Source of the DNA: Schmidtea nova
Taxonomy: Eukaryota
Direction of reading: 5' to 3'
NCBI GenBank assembly: GCA_044892505.1
Contig: CM097882.1
Location: forward strand, 106,516,001 to 106,580,000
Length of the DNA: 64,000 nucleotides
Shown here one piece after another: positions 45,377 to 59,700 of the stretch; position 1 is the stretch's first letter; every line of letters begins with the position of its first letter. The notes under the pieces were generated by a model. It was not told the origin of the DNA. It saw only the letters and a program-made list of their open reading frames with translations, and did not search any database. The position numbers were made by a program, and so were the translations under genes.

Positions 45377-48300
45377 TGTTGGGCCCAGCAAATAAGTAAA
45401 GTATCTAGAAATAAACAGTGAAAATAAAGAACAAATCAATAATGAATTACCACAAAGCAAATGATTAATCTAAACACAGCAAAACGTAAATAAAAATACA
45501 ATAGAAATAGAAACAAACCAAAAAGCAAGTAGGTGAACCACTCAAGATTGACAGTGAGTGGGTGAACAGCACCAAATACACTGATGATTCCGAAATAAAG
45601 ATAGAAGTTAACAATTAAATCAATAAGCAATATAAGTACACCTACTACAATAAAAACAAAACTACACAAAGTTAAATAATAACACTCACAAAGGTGGTGG
45701 GTTGTTAATCGTCAATATGACCTTGACGTTTCTATGGCTCTCATCAACAACTCAACACATAAAACATTTAAACTACCATCTTGTTACCCGTCACTATGTA
45801 ACGTTGGTGCTGTAACAAGTGGGTGGGTATTCGCAATCAGTGAGCGTCGTCAATACGAAACTATGATTGACCGAAAACCTCCTGGGTCCAAGGGCTACCG
45901 ATAGAAGGTTTAATGCTCATTTTGTCCCTACTATGTATTATTTACTTCAGAAAAACTTCATGAACTTCATTTACTATTAAACCTCAGTTGATTTTACTAA
46001 ATTTATTCCGTACATCACTTTATTCAATCCAATCATTCAAACCAATAAATCAAAAAAAACCAAGAGAAAACTTTAATGTTAGCAAAAAAAAACAACAACA
46101 CAAACTACAAAGAAAAATAAATAGATACACGATAAAATATTCCTTGTCAATTAAATCACAAATGAGTAATGTCTATTACGTCTGAAGATTCCTTGCGGAT
46201 TTGTCCCAGCAGTCTCGCTTCCTGCCAACGTCTTCGGCGAGCCCTCACCCCTTTATTGGGTTTCTGTCTGGCTGTTTTGGCGGGAACAGGAGGTGTCGAT
46301 ATCTGTTCCTCGACCCTCACTGGGAACAACTCTTGAGACAGGCAGGGTGATTTTGGCAGGACGGCAGCAATGAGGCCACTGTCCAATCTCAGTCTTTCAT
46401 TTTGGGTTTCCAATTCCCGGATTGTGACTCGGCACGCCTCATTGGTACAATCTCATTGCGTCGTCCGCAGCCTGCTGCAACAGCATCTGGTTTTGTTTGC
46501 GGAGTTTGTCGACGGTCTCTTTGTCCCACCACGTCGACTCCATCTCCCGGCATCGCGCTCGGAACTTCTCCATCCGAGAAGTCATGATTTGTAGCGCATC
46601 TGTATTTGAGGTTTTCGCTCTCTCCATCTCGGCGAAACACTGGTCTACCCGGCGATTATGGCGGGCATTTTCCAAAATTAATTTGTACATCTCTTCGAAT
46701 TTCTGTTCTAAATTCATTTCGGACATCTAAAAATTATACAATCATAACCCATTCCAGTCGTCATTTGACATTCAATTTCAAATATTCATTTTAAATCAAT
46801 AAAATAAAATCATTTTGATCGATGAACATTTATCGATTTTTTATAACCAACACAAAATTTATCTCAAATCACACATTCATTATTGCTTACAATGTTTACC
46901 CTCAAATATACCATCGCCAACTCAATTCGGGGATTAATTCTTCCTATAAAAATACATCTATTCGGGGACTTTCAATCGCTGTTAACTTTATCAAATTGAC
47001 CATTATACTCAAAGTGGCACAAATTTTTGTGTTTTCCATATTTAAAATTTAGAGAAACTTGAATTACATCTTAATCCTATTGTCTATCTTGCTTTATAAA
47101 CATTTTATTATTACAATTTATCATTTGGACTTTTCAAAAATTCGCCGAGGCCTTAGCAACGGTAATAATATACCTTCTATAATTTGCATGTTAATTTTAT
47201 TCTACTGATAATCCTCTTATTTATAAATTTTAATCTTTATTTCCAATCTCGAATCAAATTTCTAATTAGGAAATCCGATCTCAACCGCAACTCCTTCAAA
47301 ACCCTCAACGTTTCCCCGCCTTAAGGAAATTCTAAATAGACGGGTAAGCAAAATTCCTTGATTTCTATTGGGTAATTTTTATTATAACAATTTAAATTCT
47401 ATAATATAACTATTGATTTTAGGTAGTTATTTTTAGTAATGAGATTCCCCTCAATTTTGATTCTCAAACTGGTAAGTTACATTTAAATTATTAGTTTTAT
47501 AATTACAGTTTCCTCCTTTTAGTGGTTCAGATTTCCAAGGGAGAGTCATCATCAATTTCAATCGTAGCTCCAATCTTTAAAACATCAATTTTCTACTGGA
47601 GTTTTCAACTAAAGTAAATTTAACATTTTGTAGTTTAATGTTATGATTTTGACTTTTAGCTAAGGAAATTATTGGGAAGATTATGCGAGGGAATTTTTCG
47701 GGTTTTCGTTCTGGGAATTTATGCTTGGAATTTTATTATCCTGAATTTTTTATGCCTCACAGATGAACATCTTTATTCCTGTATGTACTTTTATGGTGAG
47801 TTATTCAATGATATTTTGTAATTTGCTCCATTTTAAGTTAAATAAAGCTTATTTTGTTATGTCTTTTTATTTCAATAAAATTTATACTATAAATTGTTAT
47901 CTGCATAAAACTGTTAGTTTCGTAATTCGTTTTTAAAGGGTATAATCAGGTATAGAGGGTATCTCCTGATAATTATAGCTGACTATTTTTCGGTATGGGA
48001 TCTTTGGGTGTAGCTTGCGGTATACAAGATGGGGGTGATTGAAGTAATGAGATTCGAACGTATATACGGTGGAATGAATGGTTATGTATGGATGTTATAA
48101 AATTTAAATAACTACATAAATGTAAAAATTTTTCACATAAATTCTGTGATACGGGACTTTATAGTCTGTCAATAAATAATTTTCGGTATTTGTATATGGA
48201 TGTTGTTTGTGGATGAAATGGATAGTTTAAATGATGAGGTGTGAAAGAATGAAACCTTTGCATAGTTTAGATGGGATATGCGTTTTTTATGAACAATGAG

Positions 48301-48720
48301 GGATACAATAATTCGAGTTTGTAGGTCGTTATCTTTTTACGGGTTCACTATGAATTTTCATGGGGACAGTTGTAGGAGATTGTATGTGGTTATATGTTAT
48401 TGTATGTGTTAGTATGTTGAAAATGGTATTGTTGTAATGGGCGTAAATAATGGGTGTGATTGTATGAATTTGCAGGGATTATCTGGATGTATGATGCTAG
48501 TTAATACTGTTCAATGAAATCATGTTGTGTATGTTGGTGAGTGAATGCATTGTTTAGGGGATTATTTAATATAGAAAATCCTATTGATTGAAATGTGGTA
48601 GTGTGTGTGATGGTAACTAAATGTATTTTGCATTGCATTAAGCATGGGTGTTACTATTGAATGAATTGGGTGTAAATTTTTGCAAATAAGGATGCATTAT
48701 AATTTGGAGATATCGTGGGG
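45377..48720 (-). mobile_element. C-type unit: D remnant (48720-47990), motif 47162-47145, family-C ORF, 3' block (45912-45693), CCCAACA terminus at 45377
   Basis: Terminus GCTGGGCCCAACA on the - strand; its reverse complement resembles the 39187 terminus over about 45 bp. Confidence 0.7.
46156..46726 (-). pseudogene. Family-C coiled-coil/Arg-rich protein, one frameshift near 46440
   Basis: ORFs 46439-46726 and 46156-46413 together match 50487-51059; tail RARRRRWQEARLLGQIR. Confidence 0.8.
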
Positions 48721-50486
48721 GTTTTTAATAAAAATAATATATAATATACGTAAAATATTTTCCAAATTAAAATAATACTAATAATTTTATAATGATTTTT
48801 ATAACTTTTTAAATTTATAATTTTATGAAAATAGTAAAATTTCTAAATTTTTATAATTTATATTTTGAATTCAAATTTCTATATTTTAATATTAATCGTA
48901 AAATTTTCTATAAAATCTCGAATTTGGAATTTTATAAGATGATAAAATTTCTAATATAATAATAATATTCTCGATTTATAATTTTTATGGATTTCAATAT
49001 AAGTTTTGATTTATAAATTCTTATAAATTTTTTGGTTTACAATTTTTCATTTTTAAAATTTTTGCAACATAATAAAAAGTAAATTTTTATTTTTTGATCA
49101 ACACGGAATCCACATAATAATAAAATCTTTATCCATAAATTTAGAAATCCAAATAAACATTCAACCTAAAAGTTTTATATACTGAATAAAAATAAAATAA
49201 AAATAAGTTATAAATTTTTCAACGAATATTTTTCGACATCGAGTAAAGTGAATTTCGGTTTCGTCCGATCATAAATTTCCCAACCAAAGTGCACGCGAAT
49301 TTTTCGGGACACTTCACTTAGGAACTTCAGGCTCACGAAAACAAGGTTTATTGGAAAATTATTTAGATGAGGAATGAGGTTCAATTCAGATCGATCAATA
49401 TTTGTCCTAATAATTCATTTCATTTCGTAATCACTATATCGGTTTTGAGCATTATTTCATATGATTCTTTTTTCAACATTAGCTTCCATTTACTTGCGTT
49501 TTCGGATAAGATGACAGTTGTTGCGAGAGTGAAGGCGACGACGAGTAAAATGTTCTTGCATAAATTATTTTTCATAATGGAAAAGACGTTGCTGGAGAGA
49601 ATCGTCTTTACGTTTGCATGTGGTGTTGATTTTTAAAAGATAAATGTCAAAAAATTATAAATTCAGATAAACTACATTTATTATAAATTAAATATCTTTA
49701 ATATAACAACTTGCCTTTGGCCAAGCCACTGTTCCCCAGTTGGGATGAAGTGAACATGGATGTTTAGGCTATTCATCTGGACTCGGAAATATGGGCTGAT
49801 CGATTTACGTATCGAACCAGCGATCCGCTCAGGCTACTTCCACCCGATCGGCACAAGGCCAGACACAGGCTTCAGGGGGTACGGAAGTAAAAAAAATTAT
49901 TTATTTGATAACTTTTATTTTAGAATATTTATTTGGTAACTTTCATTTAGCATACTGAAATTTATAATTATGAGAACCTGTGACAATGTTAATGATAAAC
50001 AAAAATTTATGAGATAAAATCATATAACTATAATATTTTCCTTATTGGTGGGTTGTTGATCGTTAATATGACCATGACGTTTCTATGGCTCTCATCAACA
50101 ACTCAACACATAAAACATTGAAATTACCATCTTGTTACCCGTCACTATGTAACGTTGGTACTGTAACAAGTGGGTGGGTATTCGCAATCAGTGAGCGTCG
50201 TCAATACGAAACTATGATTGACCGAATATCTCCTGGGTCCAAGGGCTACCGATAGAAGGTTTTATGCCCGTTTTTGTCCCCTTAAATTAACCGCTCTATC
50301 ACTGTAGATTATTCATACGAGATCTTCATTTGAATATTTTCGCTAGACTGTGATTTATTTATTAATTAATCAATGTATTTCAGTGTTTTTGTTCTTATCT
50401 TTATCCCCATTCAATCACACAAAAGAAAACTAATCGAAAACTTATAATTATAGCATAAAAATAACGACATTTATTACAAAAATCAC

Positions 50487-51059
50487 TCAAAAATGTGCAT
50501 GAGTCAGGTCAATGGTTAAGTCACCGATTTTCGAGGCCTCGACCCTCAATTGGCCTAGCACTCGGGCTTCTTGGCGGCGATTATTTCTGGCCCTTGTTCC
50601 TTTACTCGGCCTCCATCAGTTTGGCTTGGTTGGAGCCGCTGCTGCTGTAATTTCCTTCTCCACCCTCACCGGGAATAGTTCTTGAGGTGGAAGTTGAGGT
50701 TTCGGTAGTATGGCCGCTATGATGCCACTATCTACCTGTAATTTCTGGTTCACGAGTTCCTGTTCTCGTATAGCAACCCGACACGCCCGCAATCTCATTG
50801 CGTCCTCGGCGGCCTGTTGCATTAACAGCTGATTTTGTTTCTTCAGCCGATCCACCGTCTCCTTATCGGACCATGTCGCCTCCATTTCGCGACAGCGGGC
50901 CCGGAATTTTTCCATTCGGCCGGTCATTATCTGGAGGGCGTCTGAGTTGGATGCGCCTTTGGCTTCTAGTTCGGCCAAACGGGCGTCGACTTTCTTGTTA
51001 TGTCTCGCGTTGTCGAGAAGTAATGTGCGTATCTCTTCGAGCTGTTGTATCGGGTTCAT
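50487..51059 (-). pseudogene. Family-C protein, one premature TGA at 50616-50618
   Basis: Reading through the stop gives RPSKGTRARNNRRQEARVLGQLR...HF*; conserved block at 50262-50045 is nearly identical to 45912-45693. Confidence 0.8.
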
Positions 51060-52715
51060 TTTCTAAAATTATGCAAGCATTTAGTACATGTCGAGCGTAG
51101 TTACTGCACAACAATTTCAACATATATCATTATTCATGAAAATTTAATAAAACACATATTTGACCACGAACCTTCCGGGGCCATGCCCATCGAGCCTCAA
51201 TTCGGGAATCAAAAGAAAAATCTTTATCCGTTAGTGTTTGATTTTAATTATTTGTGTTTAAAGGCCCTATTGATTGAAAAATTTCGATTTTTTGGACTTT
51301 TCTTTTCATTAAAAACTCACGTTATGATGATTAATCACCTATACCTAATGTCTAACTTGCTATTTTAATGGAAATTTTATGAATTTTATTTTAAAATTTT
51401 TAATAAATTTATATTTAAATTTTCACCGAGGCCTTAACAACGGTCTCCACATAAGCTGCCTAAATATTTTGTAAATTTAATTTAATTATAATCTATTAAT
51501 TTTAGCTAATTCCTATATTTTCAGATTCTAACTTAAATTTTATTTTAGGAAATTCAAATTTAGTCCGGATCCCCCTGAAAACAATGCTGTTCCCCCGTAA
51601 AGGAAGAAAACTACATAAACGGATTTCTAAATTAAACGATTCTCATTGGGTAATTTATACTATTAAATTTTATTTATTATATTGGTGTTTTATCGATTTT
51701 AGACATTTATTTTTAGTAACGGCGAAATCCGAGTTTCCCTCCTGGACAAGATTTACAGGTAATTTGGTATTATTCCATTTATTTTATAACATTATCGAAT
51801 TTACTTAGAACAATTCTTCCACTCTAGATTGTCGGTTGGCTATACCTATGGAAGAAAATGATTTTTGAAAATTCCATGTCAAATCCCTTCACAGAACTTA
51901 TTATTCTTTATTGTGGATTTTATTGTCATTTCAACGTTGGAAATTATTCGCTGTCTGTTTTTACCTCAATTAGATCATCAGTATTGGTAAATTGCAATTT
52001 TTGACCATATCATTTATGAATTTTGACTAATTTTATTTCATTTCAATAAATTTTTAGTTTATTTTCACTTTTATTCTCTATGTTTGAGTAATATGTTTAG
52101 GAATTAAAATTTTATTTTTTTTTATGGACTGTGGTTAAATTGAGACTACATGCGAAAACGGGTAGATTTCAAATGATTTTTTGATAGCTTTGACACAATG
52201 CGTTTTTATTCAAATTTTTGAAGTTATCGTAATTAATGTCTACTTATCTACATGCACATCTATATATAGGAGCTTTTTATTAAATAATAAAACTTTGATA
52301 ATATAATACCTTGACGTGATCATACAAATGTAGTAGTATTAAGGTGATGAAGGATTAATATAATAGTATTAATGATAAAGTACCATTACATCGCAGATTA
52401 TTTTATGCCTCGTATTGAGTCCTCTTCTGTCTAAATAACTTTTCCCGATTTGGGTCGAAAACTACATTGGGATATACACACTTATTATTAGAATCAGGTT
52501 GAGTTTCCCCTTGACAAACTCTTAGCAGCTGTGTTAATTCAAATAGACGATAAAATATTGATGGGTGTGGGGGTGATTTCCCAGATAGTTAGGAAATTTT
52601 CAACTTTACAAGAATTTTATTGAGCAATATGGGGCTCTCAATTGATTTTCTCGAATTAAATTTTCGTTGGAAATAAAATTTAAGTTTTTAATCAAAATTT
52701 TTCACAAATTCTCAC

Positions 52716-54200
52716 AAATTCTGAGAAGTTCCATTTTGATGGCGGTATATATACCACCCATTTTTCGCTATCTTCAGTAGTGCAATAAAACAAATTGTTC
52801 TAGAATTTTCTCTTAATTTTTTCTAGATTACTTCTAATGATTTTCCGAAAATTAATTCCATATTTTTGTATAATAATTTTTTATAAACCATAAATAATTT
52901 ATTTTAGTTCAAAATTTTTATTTTTGACTCGAAATTTGCTCAATTTAATTTAATTTATGATATTTTGATCAATGTTAATTCTTTCTATTGTTGAATGTGA
53001 AATTCTGTGATAAGATCACAATTTTCTTCTAAAATTTTTGTTAATTTTTCTATACTGAAGGTTTATGAAGAAATTCTGTTCTTTATAGGCCTTTTCAATG
53101 GGTTTTCCGCCTATTCTAACTTTCAAACATTCTCCTTTTAATTTTTCTCGAGATTTCAGTGAAAAGACTTACAAATTCGCAGCTAGCGCGTACTCTATTG
53201 GTTGATGTGTTTTGATTCCATTTCACATTTTGGTGTTTTCCACATAATTGTTGGATTTTTAATGAATGCTAGGGTTAAAAATGGAATCTTGCGCGTTCTC
53301 TACCTATGGGGTTATCGCTTTATTAAAACAAATTGCGTTTTGGCCCAACGTTATCAATATACAAAATAATAAAAAATAAAATATAAATAACTTAATTAAA
53401 TAAGAGCGATGTCGACATGGGATGTCCCAGGGGCATGACAAAGTAATTAACAGAAAAATTAAATAGCCAACCCCTCACCTAACAATATGTCTTCCGGATG
53501 TTAATAATGAATTGGTTATTGCTCTTCTGCTCAACGGTGAAGGGTTTCTCTTGAAAGATCTTCTCCGAAAATTTTTCTGGGAAAATCTCTTGGCAACTCC
53601 TAAAACTTTCTTCTGAAGAATTTCTTGGAAAAATAACTTCCTAGTATTTCAAAAATTTTCTTTGGACGTTCTGATAATTGCTTCTACAACTTCTCCGGGA
53701 ATGAGTTAAAATTGAAATTTTTTCAGAAATAAATTGAAAGTAAAATTAAGGTTTCCACAAATTCTGAATTTTGCCATTTTGATGGCGGTATATATACCAT
53801 CGATTTTCGTCACCTTCACTAGTGTAATAAAACAAATTATTCTAGAATTTTCCGTTTAATTTTTCTAAATTAATTCTAATGATTTTCCGAAAATTAAATC
53901 CATATTTTTGTGTAATAGTTTTTTATAAAACACAAATAATTTATTTTAATTCAAAATATTTATTTTTGAATCGAAATTTGTTCGATTTGATTTAATTTAC
54001 GATATTTCGATCAATATTAGTTCTTTTTGTTGTTAATGTGAAATATTTTGTTAAAATCACAATTTTCGGCTAAAGTTTTGTTAATTTATTTCTGCACTGA
54101 AGGTTTTATAACACAATTCCGTTTTTTATGGGTATTTTCAATGGGTTTTCCGCCTATTCTAACTTTTAAACGTTCTTCTTTTGATGGCATTTGATTTTTC
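52716..54200. repeat. About 430-bp direct repeat pair with about 1.04-kb period
   Basis: About 52716-53150 vs 53758-54200, sharing e.g. CCATTTTGATGGCGGTATATATACCA and TTTTCAATGGGTTTTCCGCCTATTCTAACTTT. Confidence 0.8.
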
Positions 54201-54339
54201 TCGAGGTTTCAGACTCACCTTGATTGTCATTTTTCACCAGTGTAAGCCATTGTTATCTGAAACAACTGTTTGGAAAATCATTGTATCTGTGAAATCTATC
54301 AGCAATAAAAGGTATGTGGTAATTTAGCTTTGTTTTGAG

Positions 54340-56700
54340 TTAAACCCTCTTGATTATAAAATGAAATGAATAAGGGATCCCGAAGGTCGTCAGATCTGCC
54401 GGGAATTTTGGCCTCTTAATGCAACACCTTCGGGTGAGGGCTGATGCGGCGAGTAGTCTAATATAACGAATGCGGGAAGGGTGCGCATGAAGGACAGTGT
54501 AAAATAAAAATGTGTCTGATAAAAGTACGGATAGGGAAAAGCCTACATGAGACACCATAGCGAGTAGTCAAGCATCTAGCTAGAGTGATAAAACACTTAC
54601 CAGTCATAGAGATTCACTAGTGGGTCACAGTGAGAAAGAGTGACAGACCCGTGAATGGAGGGTATCCAAATAGTGACGACTGACTTACCAGCTTGATTGT
54701 ATGATAGGATGCAAACGTTGAGGAATGGGGCCGATGATAATATATGATAGTATGAATGCAAATTAAATAGACCAGTACGATAATGCATATCATCGATCAG
54801 TAAGTAGAATTAAGTGTAGGCCAAGATAGTGTGACTACTGTAAATTTACTATGTTGATGGAAGATCAATTTTCAACCTTGAACGAGCTAAATGCATTGTA
54901 TCAGTTAGGCCGATTTCACCACAACGTTGAGTGAGCTAAATAAATAGATGAACTGAATGGTGAGAATGAGAATTTGAGTCTAAAGAAAGGTAAATTTGAA
55001 ATTAGATTGATGAGGGTTTGGGCATGTATGAATAATCAGTGGTATGGATGACTGTAGAATGATGTTGACGGTTGAAGGGATGATGGCTGTTTAAATATCA
55101 TGGTACCATAATAATCTCTTTCTCAGAAAATGCCACTCAAAACACAACGAATTTACCAATGTCACTCGAGGAAACCGACCATAACTGAAAAATGTTCAAC
55201 ATCAGAGGTTCCGAGACGAATTCAGGCTATAGCGGAACGCCATATGAGAGCATGGAGACGGAGTTACCTGAATCTCACTACCATGTCGAATGTTACCCGA
55301 TACAACACCAGGATAAGATGGGATGGCACCCGATCCTGGCCTCTACGAAACCCGAATAAAGTCTCGAACACACGAAAATGGTTCGTACAATTTGAGGACG
55401 GAAATGCTACACACCGATGGCTTCTAACATTCATGGCTATCTCGTGACAGGTATTGCGACAGATGGGCTATATTCTTTTGGAACGCCCCAGATGTGTTCT
55501 CACCTGGAAATTACGTCCTTACTCGAACTTGCCGGAGAACAAGAACATGGATCAATATCAGTGGATACCAGAGACACGATTATGGAAATCTTCATCTATA
55601 ATGACAAGTTATGTTGGACACCATGCTCCGAATTTTTCGAAACAGATGGTACTCGGAAGGCGGATAGAGTGCGACCAGGAATGGGTCGAGTTCTGACGAA
55701 ACCTATATAAAGACACGTGTGATATACTTGTGCCATCGGAAAAATAAACTAGTTGTTGACTTCACGAGTTTTAAATGTTGAGGGATGAATGTTGTATGAG
55801 TGTTTGAATGTCTGGAGTAGAACAAAAATGAGATCTGAATAATTAAACGTAATTGAGGTTAACTCGAGGGTACACGAAAACTGGTTGTAGGCCGTAACTG
55901 TCAAAGACGAATATCTAACCAATACTATAATTTTTGATGGATAAAAATACGGATAATCCCCAATGCCAACGAAAACCACCTACTACAGAAACGAGTGAAG
56001 GTATTGGAAAGTCATCTGAAGCGTCAGGATTCAGAAATAAACCTGTTAAAAACAACATGGTTCCACCCCGAAAGGGTCAGGGATATCCAACAACACCGAT
56101 ATAGGGCAGAGCTATAGAAGAACAAGCTAGAGACACCGCCGCAGTCCGGCTAGAGTTGAATAATTATTTACGAGAATCGACCCGAGATTTTGTTGAGCAA
56201 CAATTACGGCAATTGATACGCACCAGTACCTTTAATCATTTGGCGGCGTCAGCGTGTACAAATAGTGAAACTCAGACAGAGGAAAACTTCACTTCTATTA
56301 CGGAAATGCCAAATGCAACCCCTAAACTGGAAGGGTCATCACGTACAAAAGGAGAAATCGCTTGGCAGCGAAACGACGCCATGAAAGGAGAGCCAATGCA
56401 GAGAAGCTCTGAATCGAGGTCGATCTCCTGAGTGGATTAACGGAAAAACAACTCCTCAATGTCATCAATACGGATGTTTTTGTTGAATTAAATAAACGTT
56501 ACCGAGTTAAAAATTTCGTCTTGTGATTATGCGAATGATGTATGAGAAATGAAGGAATGTTGGGATAATAACTACACAATTCATTTGAAGGAAACCGGGG
56601 GGAACGATAATGAATAAACCCTAGGCTAAGATAAATGATGGAAAAGTAGCCGCAAGGTTGCTCACCTGCCTCATCATTCTACAACGCTAGATAAATCACC
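54340..56700 (+). mobile_element. Degenerate A'/B' unit
   Basis: 54340-54500 is homologous to 39730-39900; frameshifted A' (55130-55710) and B' (about 55960-56430); partial block GCTCACCTGCCTCATCATT near 56660. Confidence 0.7.
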
Positions 56701-59700
56701 AACATGATGAGTAATTAGGGACACATCATGGGTATCAGCGGGGTGAATATTTTTGTTGGTGAGATTGCCCTAATGATAACATCAAATGAAATCTCAGTTG
56801 AAATATCTATACCAACAGACCAGCAATTTACAACAAAATATAGATATTAAATTAATAAGAATTGAAATAATAAAAGTTTAAGTTTATATTTCGAAAACTA
56901 CATCGAGGCTTTTGTACCATAGCAACGGTTTCCAGTTAGAATTTTTGTTGAGGTTCCAAGAATCTCAACTTGATGGTTCGAATATAAATAAAAACACAAA
57001 GTCTGTTTTATTAAGCTTTATTTATCTGTGCTGGAATTTATGTTGAGAATATTATTTGCATTTATATAGTTCGTAATAGTTTAACTGAATTAATGATGAA
57101 AACCCAATTATTCATTATTTTACTGAGACTGTTTTCACTTTTAGCCGTTGGATTTGTGCGGGATTTGTTTTATCGATAAATGCTGAGTATGGAAATTGAA
57201 TTTACTTTGCAGTTTGTGATAGAATTTTGCCAAAACCATTGTGTTTGGTCTTTACCTGTATTTGATTGGCCTGCGCCTTTTAAAAATTTTTGTGTGAGTA
57301 TCGTTAAATATTTTGGCTCGTTTTGATTGGTCTGAGCATTAAAAGAAACTCTGAATCGATATTTATTTTCCCAGTAATTAATATATTCTTTTATTGGAAC
57401 TTTGAATATTTTGTGAATTATATTCTGGATATTTCAAAAATTAAAATTGATAATTTTGTCTAACTCGATTTTTTTGCAATTTGTAGCTTTAGTTTGATTG
57501 TTGAATATTAAATTAGTGCTCTACCAAGAGTTGCCATTAAGAATTGAAGGGGCTGTGCAGAGTTGCTTAGTCAACAAGTATCATCTTCTAAATATTCGGC
57601 AAGGTTGATGCATTTATTTGAAGTTTGTAAAGCAAGCTTTCTTGTAAGAAACAAAACTGTTTAAATAAATTTATTTTAATCTAAAAATTTTATTTACTTG
57701 GTCTTTCTCATTGATGATTTTAAGTTTACTTCGTGCGCGATCTCTACGTGTTATATTACCGCTTTGATAAAACAAAAACTTGTTGGGTTTAGTTTTTGCC
57801 CAACATAATTATATCAAATAGCATGTATTATAAAACAATAAATAAACTAATTAACAATAATAATATATAAAAAATACCGGCATCGAACAACCGGGGGCAT
57901 GATCCAATGTTCCATAACCTGACTAAAATCATCATCCTTACATCTTTAAAATGCAAAATTGCAATTGCCAGATCCTGTACAGTGGTTTGATCATGCTGTT
58001 TCATCGGTAAATAGAAGTGTAAATAGAACATAAAAAGTTGTAATAAGTAACGAGTAACTAATTTTTAGGTTATCCCATGCAAATAATCAGGTGAACAAGT
58101 TAACCAGTAGTAAATTTATAAACAAATGAGTAAATTTGTAAAATTAGTGAAGCAAGTGTTTTCATTTGATTTTTATAGCGATTTACATAGCATATTTTTG
58201 TATTTCTTCATTTGATGCAGTAAAAAAATTTTCATATTCAAACTTTCCCATTTTTCAAATTAAATATTTTCATTTTAAAATTAAATTAAATCATTAAATA
58301 ATTATTTTTGTATAAAATTATATTAAAGTTTTAAATAAATTTATTTTAATCTAAAAATTTTATTTTAATCTAAAGATTTTATTTTAAAACAATTTTTGCT
58401 AATTGACTAAATTTTATAATTTTTTTAAATCATTTATTTTAACACTCGAATTTTTTCTATATCGTAGTTAATTTACTGCAATTAATATTTTTATGTTAAT
58501 TTTGTTTTTAGTTGATTCACTTTTCATTTTATTTTTAGAATTAAATTGTATTGTGTTTCAATGGTTAGTATTGTTTACTTGGTGTTTTCAGATATTTTAT
58601 GTTCACTTCTTGTGTTTGTGCTGCGATTAAACAAGAAATTGTTGGTCCAACATAACTCAGCCTCCAATCGAACTTCCTACGGCAATGCCAACATAAATCC
58701 TAGATAAAAAAATTACACCACACTCCACAACAAACGTAAAAACTATTTTCCACGCTCTTTGATTATTGATGAGATGAATGAAGTTGAATTTATGAATGAA
58801 AAATTTGCTTTGTTAGTCTAACTTTTATTTTTATTCGAGGATTAATGATGAGCATAAATTTTAATAGTATTACAATTATATGTAATAAAGTATAAAGAAT
58901 ACAATAATTATATGGTAACCATGATAACCCAATAACATCAGAAGCACATTAAATAATATTAGTAATATCATAAATTTACCCATCACCCGTTAATAAATTA
59001 GTGATAACAAGAGAAAGAAAAAAACAAAAGATAATTTAGAGTGTTATTTATTATTATATTATTTAGATATTATTTAGAGTGCAGCCAAACCGGAAGCACT
59101 AGTACAATTTGAATTGTGGAACAATCTGGAAAGTTTAACGAAACAATTTTTTGCTTATTAATAAATTAAATAATTGTTTTTTAATCATCGTAGAGCAAAG
59201 TTGCAGACTGATTTAACTTCACCTAAGTAGCTATCAAATTTTACTTGATTTTAAATTTCTGCATTTATATTTGATGTGACTCAAATCAATTTAATTATAT
59301 TACATTTATAACGTAATGAATTATAACATTTAAATAGAAATTAATAATTATATACAATAACTTCAATTACTAAGAAATAAATCTAAATAATTTAGAAAAT
59401 TTAACATTGGAATTTGTCTAATTTCATTCCACTTACCGTAAAAGAAAGCTAAAATCTTACCATAATATTTGCTGATAAAATGGCAATATACATCATAATT
59501 TCTTGATTAATAAATATTTCCACGAATGTAAACAATGATGATTACCTTTGATATAAATATTTCAAATAACCAGTTAATTGAGTAATCCTTAGAAATGTTT
59601 AGTTATGCTCCCTAAAATGTGATCTATATTGAAATTTAAAAAGAATATATTAATAAAATTTAACATCAGAGTGAAATTTCTGGCTTTAAAATAAAATAGG

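Noticed and set aside
45725-45750. UUGAUGAG...GAAACGUC on the - strand of the C block, resembling a hammerhead core
   Set aside because: The intervening GAGCCAUA cannot form stem II and the 28 kb copy lacks GAAAC.
57520-58030. Two GC-richer patches that could be host exons
   Set aside because: All plausible frames contain stops and no domain is recognisable.
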